DNA from: the human T2T-CHM13v2.0 reference genome, Homo sapiens
Assembly: GCF_009914755.1 (NCBI RefSeq)
Contig: NC_060947.1
Length of the DNA: 64,000 nt
Strand: one strand, 5' to 3'
A program made the translations under genes and the position numbers. The stretch's first letter is position 1. The number at the start of each line of letters is the position of its first letter. The notes beneath the pieces were generated by a model. That model ran no database searches and was not told the origin of the DNA. It saw only the letters and a list, made by a program, of their open reading frames with translations. Shown here in pieces: positions 1-24,952 of the stretch.

Positions 1-172
1 CCACCCGAATACTGCGCTTTTCCGACGGGCTTAAAAAACGGAGCACCACGAGATTATATCCCGCACCTGGCTCGGAGGATCCTACGCCCACGCAGTCTCG
101 CTGATTGCTAGCACAGCAGTCTGAGATCAAACTGCAAGGCGGCAGCGAGGCTGGGGGAGGGGCGCCCGCCAT
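1..172 (-). CDS. L1 ORF0 (antisense ORF of the 5'UTR), open to the window edge
   Basis: ATG at 172 on the minus strand gives MAGAPPPASLPPCSLISDCCASNQRDCVGVGSSEPGAGYNLVVLRFLSPSEKRSIRV with no stop. Internal donor CAG|gtgcgg at 67/66 (phase 1). Confidence 0.7.
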   Translation of the reverse strand, partial: MAGAPPPASLPPCSLISDCCASNQRDCVGVGSSEPGAGYNLVVLRFLSPSEKRSIRV

Positions 173-627
173 TGCCCAGGCTTGCGTAGGTAAACAAAGC
201 AGCCAGGAAGCTCGAACTGGGTGGAGCCCACCACAGCTCAAGGAGGCCTGCCTGCCTCTGTAGGCTTCATCTCTGGGGGCAGGGCACAGACAAACAAAAA
301 GACAGCAGTAACCTCTGCAGACTTAAATGTCCCTGTCTGACAGCTTTGAAGAGGGCAGTGGTTCTCCCAGCACGCAGCTGGAGATCTGAGAACGGGCAGA
401 CTGCCTCCTCAAGTGGGTCCCTGACCCCTGACCCCCAAGCAGCCTAACTGGGAGGCACCCCCCAGCAGGGACATACTGACACCTCACACGGCAGGGTACT
501 CCAACAGACCTGCAGCTGAGGGTCCTCTCTGTTAGAAGGAAAACTAACAAACAGAAAGGACATCCACACCAAAAACCCATCTGTACATCACCATCATCAA
601 ACACCAAAAGTAGATAAAACCACAAAG

Positions 628-1637
628 ATGGGGAAAAAACAGAACAGAAAAACTCTAAAAAGCAGAGCACCTCTCCTCCTCCAAAGGAACACAGTTCCTC
701 ACCAGCAACGGAACAAAGCTGGATGGAGAATGACTTTGACGAGCTGAGAGAAGAAGGCTTCAGATGATCAAATTACTCTGAGCTACGGGAGGACATTCAA
801 ACCAAAGGCAAAGAAGTTGAAAACTTTGAAAAAAATTTAGAAGAATGTATAACTAGAATAACCAATACAGAGAAGTGCTTAAAGGAGCTGATGGAGCTGA
901 AAACCAAGGCTCGAGAACTACGTGAAGAATGCAGAAGCCTCAGGAGCCGATGCGATCAACTGGAAGAAAGGGTATCAGCGATGGAAGATGAAATGAATGA
1001 AATGAAGTGAGAAGGGAAGTTTAGAGAAAAAAGAATAAAAAGAAATGAGCAAAGCCTCCAAGAAATATGGGACTATGGGAAAAGACCAAATCTATGTCTG
1101 ATTGGCGTACCTGAAAGGGATGGGGAGAATGGAACCAAGTTGGAAAACACTCTGCAGGATATTATCCAGGAGAACATCCCCAATCTAGCAAGGCAGGCCA
1201 ACGTTCAGATTCAGGAAATACAGAGAACGCCACAAAGATACTCCTTGAAAAGAGCGACTCCAAGACACATAATTGTCAGATTCACCAAAGTTGAAATGAA
1301 GGAAAAAATGTTAAGGGCAACCAGAGAGAAAGGTGGGGTTACCCTCAAAGGGAAGCCCATCAGACTAACAGCGGATCTTTCGGCAGAAACCCTACAAGCC
1401 AGAAGAGAGTGGGGGCCAATATTCAACATTCTTAAAGAAAAGAATTCTCAACCCAGAATTTCATATCCAGCCAAACTAAGCTTCATAAGTGAAGGAGAAA
1501 TAAAATACTTTACAGACAAGCAAATGCTGAGAGATTTTGTCACCACCAGGCCTGCCTTACAAGAGCTCCTGAAGGAAGCACTAAACATGGAAAGGAACAA
1601 CTGGTACCAGCCGCTGCAAAATCATGCCAAAATGTAA
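628..1637 (+). pseudogene. L1-A ORF1p, disrupted
   Basis: Starts MGKKQNRK, ends ...QNHAKM*. 7-nt deletion near 650 and CGA>TGA stops (about 766 and 1008). Confidence 0.93.
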
Positions 1638-1685
1638 AGACCATCGAGACTAGGAAGAAACTCCATCAACTAACGAGCAAAATAA

Positions 1686-5523
<3,838 letters not shown>

Positions 5524-5770
5524 ACAATGAGATCACATGGACACAGGAAGAGGAGTATCACACTCTGGGGACTGTTGTGGGGTGGGGGGAGGGGGGAGGG
5601 ATAGCATCGGCAGATATACCTAATGCTAGATGATGAGTTAGTGGGTGCAGCGCACCAGCATGGCACATGTATACATATGTAACTAACGTGCACAATGTGC
5701 ACATGTACCCTAAAACTTAAAGTATAATAGAAAAAATAAATAAAAATAAATAAAAAGAAAAAAAAAGAAA

Positions 5771-6510
5771 ATGGAAATTAAAACCACAATGAGATACCAC
5801 CTTACTCCACTCAGAAAGGCCATTATTAAAAAGTCAAAAAACAAAAGATGCAGATGTGGTTAAAAGGGAATGCTTATTCACTTTGGGTAGGAATGTAAAT
5901 TCATACAGTCTCTATGGAAAACAGTATAGAGATCTCTCAAATAACTAAAAGTAGAACTACTATTTGATCCAAGATCTCACTACTGAGAATCTACCTAAAG
6001 GAAAAGAAGTCATTACATCAGAAAAGACACCTGCACTCCTATGTTTATCTTCACACAATTCACAATTGCAAAGACAGGAAATCAATCTAAGTGCCCATCA
6101 ACTGATTAGTGGATAAAGAAAATATAGTAGGTATATATGTGTGCACACACACACTCACACACAATGGAATACTACTCAGCCATGAAACAGAACAAAATAA
6201 TGTCTTTTACAGAAACTGGAACTGGAGGCCATTATTCCAAGTGAACTAACTCAAATCAAATACCTCACATTCCCATTTATTAGTGGGAGCTAAGCTCTGA
6301 GTATGCAGAGACATGCAGAGTGGTATAATGGACATTGGAGACTCAGAAAAAGGGTGGTGAGAGGGGGCTGAAAAATTACCCATTGTTCGGTATAATGTAC
6401 ACTATTCGGGTGACAGGTACACTAAAAGCCCAGACTTCACCACTATACAATTCATCCATGTAACCAAAAAACACTTATACCCCTAAACCTATTGAAATAA
6501 CAATTAAAAT
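5771..6510 (+). mobile_element. Older L1 3' end (L1PB-like), the host into which L1-A inserted
   Basis: Diverged ORF2 C-terminus (aaaccacaatgagatacc) plus 3'UTR ending ...aaaagcccagacttcaccact...tattgaaataa. Confidence 0.8.
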
Positions 6511-7552
6511 GTAAAGAAAACAAAGACAGATTAAAAGTAAAGGTATAAAGAAAGATATATCATGCTAACATTAATCAAAAGAATGCTAGAGTAGCTATAT
6601 TAATTTCATAAAAAGCATACTTCAGAACAAAGAAAACTACCAAGGAAAAATATTATGATATCAAATCATAATATAATAATAAAGATGGCAAGACTCTAAG
6701 AAGACATAACAATTCTTAATGTGAATGTGCCTAACAACACAGCATCAAAATACATGAGGTAAAAATTGAGAGAATTACAAGGAGAGACACACCTACTATT
6801 AGAGTTGGAGACTTCAATACTCCTCTAATAGTAATGGACAGATCCAGCTAGCAGAAAATCCGTATGGACATTGTTGACCTGAACAGCACCATTGATCAAC
6901 TGAATCTAACTGACATCTTTGTAACACTTGATACAACAGCAGAATACACTTTCATCTCAAAGTCACACAGAAAAATCACCAAGATAGACCACATTCTGGG
7001 ACATAAAATACACCTGAAGAAATCTAAAAGAATAGAAATCTTATGAAATATACAATTAGACCACAATTAAATTATACCAGAAATCAATTTTTAAAAGCTG
7101 AAAATGCCCCAAATAATTGGAGATTAAACAGTACATTTATAAATGAAACCTGAGTCAAAGACGCAAAGAAAAGTAAGGCTGGGCATCATGGCAAACACCT
7201 GTAATCTCAGCAATTTAGGAGGGCAAGGCGGGAAGATCACTTGAAACCTGGAGTTTGAAACTCGCCTGGGCAACATGGTAAGACCTCAATTCTACAAAAA
7301 ATAAATAAAATAAAATAAGAAATGTTAAGACATTTTGAATTAAATAAAAATGAAAACACAATTTAATATTTGTGGGCAACAAAAGCAGTGCTTAGAGAAA
7401 TATTTATAGAATGAAATGCATATAATAGAATAGAAGAAAGATCTCTTATTAATAATGTAAGCTTCCTTCTTAGGAAACTAGAAATAGAAGAATAAATCAC
7501 ATCCAAAGTAAGCAGAAAATAAGAAAAAATAAACATTAAAGAAGATATCGAC
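6510..7552 (+). mobile_element. Old L1M ORF2 endonuclease-region fragment (continues after 13740)
   Basis: Degenerate EN peptide (YTFISKSHRKITKIDHILGHK). Interrupted by an Alu monomer and by L1-B. Confidence 0.8.
7177..7317 (+). mobile_element. Alu monomer (FLAM-like)
   Basis: ggctgggc...tgtaatctcagc...ctacaaaaaataaa; single arm with an A-rich tail. Confidence 0.8.
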
Positions 7553-8564
7553 TGAAGGTTCCAAGATGGCTGAATAGGAACAGCTCCAGTCTACAGCTCC
7601 CAGTGTGAGCGACACAGAAGATGGGTGATTTCTGCATTTCTAACTGAGCTACTGAGTTCATCTCACTGCGGCTTGTTGGACAGTGGGTGCAGCCCACAGA
7701 GTGTCAGCCGAAGCAGGGCAGGGCATCGCCTCACCCTGGAAGCGCAAGGGGTTGCGGAATTCCCTTTCCTGGCCAAGGGAAGCTGTGACAGACAGTACCT
7801 GGAAAATCGGGACACTCCCACCCTAATACTGCGCTTTTCCAACGGTCTTAGCAAATGGCACACCAGGAGATTATACACCATGCATGGTGCAGAGGGTCCC
7901 AAGCTCACGGAGCCTCTCTTACTGCAAGCACAGCAGTCTGAGAGCGAACTGCAAGGCAGCAGCGAGGCTGGGGGAGGGTCGTCCGCCATTACTGAGGCTT
8001 GAGTAGGTAAACAAAGCAGCTGGGAAGCTCGAATTGGGTGGAGCCCACCACAGCTCAAGGAGACCTGCCTGCCTCTGTAGACTCCACCTCTGGGGGCAGG
8101 GCATAGCTGAACAAAAGGCAGCAGAAACCTCTGCAGACTTAAATGTCCCTGTCTCACAGCTTTCAAGAGAGTAGTGGTTCTCCCAGCACGGAGTTTGAGA
8201 TCTGAGAACGGACAGACTGCCTCCTTAAGTGGGTCCCTGACCCCTGAGTAGCCTAACTGGGAGAAACCTCCCAGTAGGGGCCAACTGACAACTCATACAG
8301 CTGGGTGCCCCTCTGAGATGAAGCTTCCAGAGGACGGATCGGGCAGCAACATTTGCCATTCTGCAATATTTGCTGTTCTGCAGACTCTGCTGGTGATACC
8401 CAGGCAAACAGGATCTGCAGTGGACCTCTAGCAAACTCCAACAGACCTGCAGCTGATGGTCCTGACTGTTAGAAGGAAAACTAACAAACAGAAAGGACAT
8501 CCACACCAAAACCCCATCTGTGCGTCACCATCATCAAAGACCAAAGGTAGATAAAACCACAAAG

Positions 8565-9590
8565 ATGGGGAGAAACCAGAGCAGAAAAGCTGAAAATTCT
8601 AAAAATCAGAGCACCTCTTCTCCTCCAAAGGAACGTAGCTCCTCACCAGCAATGGAAGAAAGCTGCATGGAGAATGACTTTGATGAGTTGAGAGAAGAAG
8701 GCTTCAGATGATCGGTAATAACAAACTTCTCCAAGCTAAAGGAGGATGCTCAAACCCAACGCAAAGAAGCTAAAAACCTTGAAAAAAGATAAGACGAATG
8801 GCTAACTAGAATAAACAGCATAGAGAAGACCTTAAATGACCTGATGCAGCTGAAAACCAAGGCATGAGAACTACATGACACATGCACAAGCTTCAGTAGC
8901 CGATTCGATCAAATGGAAGAAACGGTATCAGTGATGGAAGATGAAATGAATGAAATGAAGTGAGAAGAGAAGTTTAGAGAAAAAAGAATAAAAAGAAACG
9001 AGCAAAGCCTCCAAGAAATATGGGACTATGGGAAAAGACCAAATCTACGCCTGATTTGTGTACCTGAAAGTGACGGCGAGAATGGAACCAAGTTGGAAAA
9101 CACTCTGCAGGATATTATCCAGGAGAACTTCCCCAATCTAGCAAGGCAGGCCAACATTCACATTCAGGAAATACAGAGAATGCCACAAAGATACTGCTTG
9201 AGAAGAGCAACTCCAAGACACATAATTGTCAGATTCACCAAAGTTGAAATGAAGGAAAAAATGTTAAGGGCAGCCAGAGAGAAAGGTCAGGTTACCCACA
9301 AAGGGAAGCCCATCAGACTAACAGCTGATTTCTCGGCAGAAACTCTACAAGCCAGAAGAGAGTAGGGGCCAATATTCAACTTTCTTAATGAAAAGAATTT
9401 TCAACCCAGAATTTCATAACTAGCCAAACTAAGCTTCATAAGTAAAGGCGAAATAAAATACTTTACAGACAAGCAAATGCTGAGAGATTCTGTCACTACC
9501 AGTCCTGCCTTACAAGAGCTCCTAAAGGAAGCACTAAACATGGAAAGGAACAACCAGTACCAGCCACTGCAAAAACATGCCAAATTGTAA
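8565..9590 (+). pseudogene. L1-B ORF1p, disrupted
   Basis: Starts MGRNQSRKAE. Multiple stops (8711, 9365). Confidence 0.9.
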
Positions 9591-9653
9591 AGACCATCAA
9601 GGCTAGGAAGAAACTGCATCAACTAACGAGCAAAATAACCAGCGAACATCATA

Positions 9654-13510
<3,857 letters not shown>

Positions 13511-13740
13511 ACAATGAGAATACTTGGATACAGGGTGGGGAACATCACACACTGGAGCTTGACGTGGGGTGGGGGGAGGGGGGTGGGATAGCATTAGGAG
13601 ATAGACCTAATGTAAATGATGAGTTAATGGGTGCAGCACACCAACATGGCACATGTCTACATATGTAACAAACCTGCACGTTGTGCACATGTACCTTATA
13701 ATTTAAAGTATAATAAAAAAAAGAAGATGAAGATATCAAC

Positions 13741-14875
13741 GAAATTAACAACAGGAAATCAACAAAACCAAAAAGCTGGTTCTTTGAAAAAAATCAATAA
13801 AATTGTTAATATTTTAGCCACGTTAAATAAGTAAGAGAGTAAATACACAAAGAAGTGGCATCAGAAATAAAAGAATGAAAAAAATGAGATCCCGTCATTT
13901 GCAACAACATGGATGGAACTGAAAGTTATTTTGTTAAGTCAAATAAGCCAGGCACAAAAAGACAAGATATTTAAGAGGAGAACTACAAAACACTGATGAA
14001 AAAAATCAAAGGTCAAAATAAATGGAAAGATATTCCATGTACATATTAGGTTGGTGCAAAAGGAACTGTGATTTCTGCCATTACTTTTAATGGTACAACG
14101 CAGAATAGTGACAAGGATGTGGAGCAACCGGAGCTATCATTCATTGTTCATGGAAATAAAAACTGCTACAGTCAATTTGGAAGACAGTTTGGCAGTTTCT
14201 TACGACACTAGATAAAATCTTACCATATGATAGCAGTTGTATTATTTGGTATTGACTCAAACAACATCAAAATGTATATCCCTAAAAGCCTGCACACAAT
14301 TTTTTATCGCAGCTTTAATAACTGCCAAAATTCAGAAGAAACGAAGAAGTCCTTCAATAGGCAAATGGATAAACCAACCGTGGTACAACCAGACAATGGC
14401 ATATTATTCAGCCCTAAAAAGAAGTGAGTTATCAAGTCAAGAAAAGATATGGAGAAACCTTAAATGCATCTTGCTAACTACAAGAAGCCAATCAAAAAAG
14501 GTTACAAACCATATGATACCAACTATATGACATTTTGGAAAAGGCAAAAGTATGGAGTCCATAAAAAGATCAGTGGTGTCAGAGGTAGAGGTAGAAGGAG
14601 GGAGGGATAAAGTCCAGGGATGTTCAAGGCAGCGAAACTGTCCTGTACAATATGGTAATGCTGGATATATGTTATCATATGTTTTTCAAAACCCATAGAA
14701 TGTTTAATACATTGGCTCCTCAATTCTAACAAATGTATCACACAAATGCAAGATGATCCTAAAAGAGGAAATGAGAAACTGTGTGAGGGAGTAAGGGCAT
14801 ATGAGAACTCTGTACTTACTATTTAATTTTCTGTAAACCTAAAACTTCTCTAAAGATGAAATCTAAATTTTTTGA
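13741..14875 (+). mobile_element. Old L1M/L1MC fragments (ORF2 pieces and 3' end)
   Basis: aaaagctggttctttgaaaa resumes the ORF2 interrupted at 7552. L1MC-type 3'UTR (ccaactatatgacattttggaaaaggcaaaa). Confidence 0.75.
14046..14093 (+). mobile_element. Half MADE1 (Hsmar1 MITE)
   Basis: ttaggttggtgcaaaag...gccattacttttaatgg matches the left mariner TIR; the right arm is missing. Confidence 0.75.
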
Positions 14876-15005
14876 AAGTGACTAACTCAAGATTGCCCTG
14901 CTCATTTTTTTATTGAATAAGTAATAAAAGGACATCTAGATATAGCACCAAACACCTAGAACACTCCAGAAGGTGTCCTAGCAAAAGTCTCCAATAGTTT
15001 GGATT

Positions 15006-15585
15006 GTGTCCAGGGTCCAGAAGACCACCCCAATTTTAATAATTCTTTAATAAATCTTTTTTGAGCAGGACTCAAAGTACTCAACATAGTAGTACTCACA
15101 GCTAAGATTTATTTCAGTGAAAGCGTACACAGCCGACTGAGCAAAGAGAAAAGGTGCCTGGGGCAAAATGCAGAGGAAGCTAGGTACAAGCTTCCAAAAG
15201 ATCTCTCACGGTGGTGTCACCCAAGACACATTTAATTCTTCCTTCAACAAGTTGTAACAACACAGAGAAAATGTTATCAGTCAGGGAAGCTCATAAGAGA
15301 ATGAGTAGCTTAGGGTTTTACTGCGGGGCTAGTTACACAGGCACACTCTGCCCAGCACAACCAAAATTCAAGAGTACCAGAAGAAAAAGGTGTTCGACAT
15401 AAGCTACATTATTTGCAGAGCCAGGCTTGGCACAGTCAGCCATTCTTACCCATTAAGGGAAACTTCTAAATCAATGTTGGGAGCTGTTTAACAGTGAAGT
15501 TCCCAGATGCCATTCCAAGGGCTAATTTTGTAAACAGGTCTTTCTAAGCATAGCAGTCTCAGGCCTGTTGACTGTTTTCTGCATA
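15006..15585. mobile_element. Old ERVL-group LTR (MER21/MER68/MER77-like)
   Basis: gggtcc..aagaccacccc...gtactcacagctaagatttatt...aagcttccaa motifs recalled from this family. Confidence 0.6.
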
Positions 15586-15711
15586 GAAACCGCGACACAG
15601 AATAGATAGAAAAGGAAAAAAACAAAAGTGGGCAAAAGGAAAATGATAGAAGATCCCAGACTCAATTCTAGTTTATGGAAGGAAAGTAGTCCTTCTCCTT
15701 TGCAATACTAA

Positions 15712-16032
<321 letters not shown>

Positions 16033-17231
16033 TGAGGCTCTTGACCTATTACCTTCAAGCACCTCAGATGATGTGATGGATATCTATGAAACCAGTTATC
16101 AGGAGATGAGCTCCAGCTCTGCCACAATCTGTGTGACCATGGACAAGATGACAGCTCCTGCCTATGATATTATTCCATCAGATATCTCTTTTCATACTTG
16201 AATCTTTAAAATCTCCATTATTACTGAATCTTTCATTGAACATATAGACCCCTCCTTCCATTAGAAAAATTCTCAATCAGTTTATTCCTTCTTTTCCTTC
16301 CCTAGTGCCTCTCTTACGGCTCTGTCACTTTCCCCTAGATCGTTTCCTAGATCAATAGTTTCCTAAACTGTTTATCCTGCTTCTAGTCTCTCCCTGATCT
16401 AATTCACCCTACAACCTATGCCAGTTTGAGATTCCTAAAATAGAATTCTACTTATGTTCCTTCCATCCTTGGGCCATTGGTCTCTGTTTGAAAGGTCCAT
16501 TTATCCATTTTCACCTGTCAAACACTTTACCTATATTTTAATGACCACGTCAAATTGGAAGGGCAACATTCTTCCACAAAGGAAATTCCCCACATCCAAA
16601 CATAAGTCTTCTATTCTCATTTCCCACTCCCAACAAAAGCACCATATACACATTAAAGTATGTAAAAAAAATCTATTTGTATAAGAGTAATGTGTTTTCT
16701 TATTTAGTAGCCCAACAGTAAGCTGCAGAAGGGCAGGAATCATGTCTCATTGTTTCTGTAGCCATGTTGCATCCAGTACAGTTCATGGCATGTGGTAGGG
16801 TCTCACCGAATGGTAGCTTATTTGAACTGAAGGCACTGCAAGTCCCAGGTAAGCAGTAGTCCCAAAACAGAACATTCCCCTAACCCCTCACCAAAAAAAA
16901 AAAAAAAAAAAAAAGGTTGTGGAATCTCTCAGGGAAAAAAGTAGAAGATCTGTTCCTGATTTCTACCAAATACAACACTAGTTTAACTTTATCCTCGCAT
17001 GGATTTTGGACTTGCAATTGAAAGGGACTCTCGACTCCTCTTCTTACAGATAATGGAATGAGGCAAAGAAAGAAGTATCCTATCCAAGGTCACACCCTGA
17101 GTTAGTGGAAGAGCTGGCTTAGTATTCAGGGCTTCTGAGTCTCAGGCCACAGTTTTGACTACAAGTGCTACTATCACATGAGGTTCCCTGCTGAGACGGG
17201 GTATGGGAAAAGCCTTGCAGTACAAAATTCA

Positions 17232-17390
<159 letters not shown>

Positions 17391-18357
17391 CTAAAGGTGG
17401 GAAAGAAGGGCAAAGATTAAATGTCTGTAGTTGTAACTCTGTCTGCTTAGAAAGGAGAATGAAGGAGATAGTGTCAGGTTTCAGGTGGTCAATCCCTCTA
17501 GCTCCTGGAAGGAAAAAAAAGCAACGGAGAATTAACTTTGTATTGGTCTCAGCAGTTTCAGCTTCCTGAAATATAACCCCAAACCATTCTGCCTGCAGAA
17601 ATGGCAGTCCCTATTTTTACAGCTGAAAGCTATGGAAGCTGCTCCTTAGAGAATGATACCTTAAAAGGGCCTGTGCAGTAGATATATTTTCTTCCCTCCA
17701 ATATTTTTCACATAGATTAACCACTCATTCAAATTTTCTTACAAAGGAAGAAGACATAACACAAATGGAAGTAAATATTTGTCATGAAAAGGTTAATCTA
17801 CAATGCACTTAGACAGCTAATAATAAGTAGAACATTTCCAAAGAAATAGGAACCTGGGATTGTCTCTTTTTAATAAATTACTTGGTATTATTTAAGCACT
17901 TCACTCCAAAAAGCTGATATTAAAAACAGAGAAAAAAAATCCTGGAAAGTTTAACTAGAAAGCAAGGGTTGTAAAGATTTGTGGCAGATGAAGGACTCAG
18001 CCTTTACTCTTCTCGAGTATGAAATTTAATTAAGTTCTCTGCTACTCAGCACAACTGGAAGAAACACAGCATCTAAAGTAGCACTAACAATGTTCCTTTG
18101 TCACAGACTAATGCTGACACTCTACTATTCTCTTAGCATCATGCTGGAAAATCAATGTAAATGGCTTGTGCTGTCTCATGCGAAATCCAAAATCACTGAG
18201 CACCTGCAATGTGCCAGGTAGTAGAAGAGGCACAGCAGGGGACACACGGATCAAAGAAAAAAAAATCACCCATGGTTTATTGCTACAAGCAATCTGTTGC
18301 TGGGCAGGAAGCTAGGGCAGAGCTGAGTGACCTGTGACATATAAGAAATGTGCTTTT

Positions 18358-18766
<409 letters not shown>

Positions 18767-19184
18767 TCAGGCCAGGCACTATGATAGACACTTAAAGTCT
18801 ATTATCTCATTTAGACTTTACAACACTGAGAAGCAGATATTGTAAAGGAAATTAAGGTTCAAATAAGCTGAACTAACATCCAAGATCACAGTCCATGTAG
18901 CCCAGATTATCATGGGTGGAATAACATTCATGGGGCTTATAAATAATCAAGACGTCTTAGGAATACAACTCGAGAAGTTCCATAGCCCAACCCTAACTCA
19001 GATACCAAAACACAGGAGGTAGACATTTTCACACAAAACATAGGAAGGACAAACTGTTCCTCCAGCTGTTGAATCAATTTAAAGTACCAATTATTTGAGA
19101 AAAGCATGGGCCAGAAAACCTTACTGCCTTCACCAAGGACCGATAAGATTCTGTGGAATACTTTCTCCTTCAAATTCAATTTTT

Positions 19185-21470
<2,286 letters not shown>

Positions 21471-21476
21471 TGATAT

Positions 21477-22385
21477 TGAAACGGGAAAAGTTCCCTTATC
21501 CCCTTCACAGGGCATGAGACTGGGCTGTGGCTCGCTTCTTCGGTGCCCCTCTGCTCAAACCTCTAGGGGGCGCATGCAGATGGGCAGGTTGTGGGGCATG
21601 TGGGCTTTAACCCCAAGGCAGCATCTAGGGGCAAATGCTTACAGCTCCTTAAGCCCCAGTGGGCGTGCGTTACAGTGTGCTCTTTTAGTTTTGTTGTCTA
21701 TAGGCAGCTCGTGTTAATCAGCTAAATTAGACCCTCTGCCTTATCACAAGGAGAGAGGGCTTTCTGTATCCCGGGTTCTTGCCGTGGTGTACCGGAAAAA
21801 TCAGATCATACATGGGATTGGAGAATGAGTGCAAGGTTTTACTGAATGATGGAAATAGCTCTCAGCAGATGGATGGGGAGCCAGAAGGAGGATGGAGTGG
21901 GAAGTTGGTTTTCCCCAGGAGTCAGGCCGCTCAGCCGCCGAGCTCTCCTGCCTCTCCTCTGACCGCCCTCGGCTGAACTCAGCGTCTTCCCGCCATAGAT
22001 GACCTGCTGGCAACTGCTGGTTCTGCCGGTGTCCTGCTGGCATCTGCTGGTGTCTGCCGGTGTCCTCCTGGTGTCTGCCGGTGTCCTCCTGGTGTCTGCC
22101 GGTGTCCTCCTGGTATCTGCTGGTGTCTGCGGCTGTGTTCTTCCGCCTGTGTGTTCCTCTCGATGTCCAACCACTTGTGTCTCTGCCCTCTAGGGTCTTG
22201 GGGTTTTTATAGGCAAAGGATGGGGGCATGGCGGGCCAGGGTGGTCTTGGAAAATGCAACATTTTGGCATGAAAACAGAAATGCCTGTCCTCACCTAGGT
22301 CCGTGGGCACAGGCCCAGGGGTGGAGCCCTAGCCAGGGACCGGGCCTTTCTCTTCCTAGCACTTGCCTGCCCCCCTCCCGTATCA
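21477..22385 (-). mobile_element. ERV1 solo LTR (LTR1/LTR28/MER52 group), same sense as OPHN1
   Basis: TG...CA termini, 4-bp TSD ATAT (21473-76, 22386-89), minus-strand TATAAAA at about 22205-22211. Confidence 0.85.
22004..22130. repeat. GC-rich minisatellite inside the LTR (21-bp unit ctggtgtctgccggtgtcctc)
   Basis: Three perfect copies at 22047-22109, with degenerate flanking copies built from ~10-bp subunits. Confidence 0.9.
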
Positions 22386-22631
22386 ATATTACTTATCACA
22401 TTTACTAGTTACTTATTGCACGTATTAAAAATAATATTAACTTTGGCAAATTACTCGTGTCATTGCCAATCTGGTGAATTTCTTATTAGTCCTTATAAAG
22501 TTTACTGATGCTGCTGATTTTCCCAGTTATATAATTATATCATCTGCAAATAACACCATGCTGTTTTGTAATGTTTTTCAAATAGTAACCAATTTTAAAT
22601 CTTTCCTTCCCATCTTTGTGCACTTATTTAA

Positions 22632-22940
<309 letters not shown>

Positions 22941-24467
22941 AATTTTCATTCTAACAGTATTAGTGGGGCTCTCCAGTACTGGGTTAAACAATAGTAGACA
23001 AATGGGTATCTTTCTCTTGTTCTCCATCGTAAGATGAACATATTTAAAGTTTCTCCATTTAGTATAATGTTTGCTATAGGTTATCATATAAATATTATTT
23101 ACTTAATTTTCCTGCAATTCTAATTTGATTACAATAAGCACATGTTTTTCTCCTTTACACTAGTAATGAAAGGATTTGAACCGACTCATTTCTAAGGTTA
23201 AAATTTTTGGGGACCACTTTTTCTGAGGGAGTGAAGGGGAGGGGAAGTATGAATTCCATTTCAATATCTTTAATATATATCCGTCTACTCAGTCTCCCTC
23301 TTTCCTTTTGCCAACTTTTGGCCATTTACATTTTTCTAGGAATTAACCTCATCTCTTTTTTTTCAAATGTGTTATAATTCTTTCGTCTTTTTAACAAATC
23401 TGTTGTGTCTGTAATATTTCATTTATTTTACTCTATATTCTCTACTGTGTTTGTTTGCATTTTCCTACCAGTCTACCTTGTTAATCCTTTCAATAACTAA
23501 TTTTTGGCTTTGTTAATTACCTCTACCATTTTTTATTGTTATAGTTGTTTTTTAATTTATTTCACTTCTGCCCTTAAGTCTTATATGTCCAGCTGTTTTG
23601 TCACTTCGGGTAGGTTTTGTTGTTGTTATCAATTTTTTTAATTTAAATGCTCAATACATTTGTTTTTAATCTTTCTTATTTGTTGATCAATATATCTAAA
23701 GCAATGAACTTCCTTTCTACATAATGAACTGTGTCCCACAAATGTGGATATATACTGACTTCATTGTCATTTCATCATAAAATATATTTATTTTTTTAAC
23801 CCAAAGAATATTTGCCATTTTGTTAGTTCCCAAATATGGAATGTTTTATCATTAATTTTTAATTTTATTTTCTTATGGTTAGAAAACATACTCTATGTGA
23901 TATAGAATCTTTTGAATTTTTGAGGCTTCCTTTATAGCCTGATGCATAGTTTATATTTCTTAATGTTGTCTGTGTACCCAAAAGAACATGTATCCCTGTT
24001 TCTTGGATACAAAGTTCTGTGTATTCTATGTAAATAAAATAGCTCAAACTTATTGTATTGTTAAGATTTTGATATTGTCACTTATTTTTCCTGGGCAATT
24101 ATTATCAGTTTCAGAAAGGCAAATGTTAAAAAGTTCCAATGAAATTGCTGTTCTATCTGCTTCAGTTCATGTTTCACGAAAATGTTTGCTATACCATTAT
24201 TAATAATAGCAAAGTGGAACAAAGAAATAAAAACAAACTAAATTATAATTCATTTATGTAATGGAACATTATGAGTCATTACAAATTGTAAGAGAACATT
24301 TATTGACCTACAGGGGTATCCATGATATTAGTGAGTATTAAAAAAAGTTACAAAACAGAACGCTATATGATCACATTTATATAAAATTATACACAATTAT
24401 GCATATATATTTGACAAAGGTCTAGTATGCAAAACATAAAATGAACTCTTAAAACTCAACAATAAGA

Positions 24468-24766
<299 letters not shown>

Positions 24767-24952
24767 TCAACAATAAGAAAATAAATGAGCAAAACTTGAA
24801 TAGACATATGGCCATATCACAAGATATAGAAATAGCCAACGAATACATGAAAAGATACTCAACATCATTAGTTATTGGAAATGCAAATCAAAATCACAAT
24901 GAAATACGACTTCACAGTTATTAGGATATCTAAAATAAAAAATACAGAAAAT

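Noticed and set aside
16893-16914. Isolated A22 run as a processed pseudogene tail
   Set aside because: No upstream transcript-like sequence and no TSD found.
22004-22130. CRISPR-like array (also considered for 50924-50994)
   Set aside because: Tandem units without unique spacers, in eukaryotic DNA with no cas genes.
21801-22310. 169-aa and 111-aa ORFs with repeated peptides (QEDTGRH, TPADTRR)
   Set aside because: By-product of a stop-free 21-bp minisatellite in an LTR; no coding evidence.
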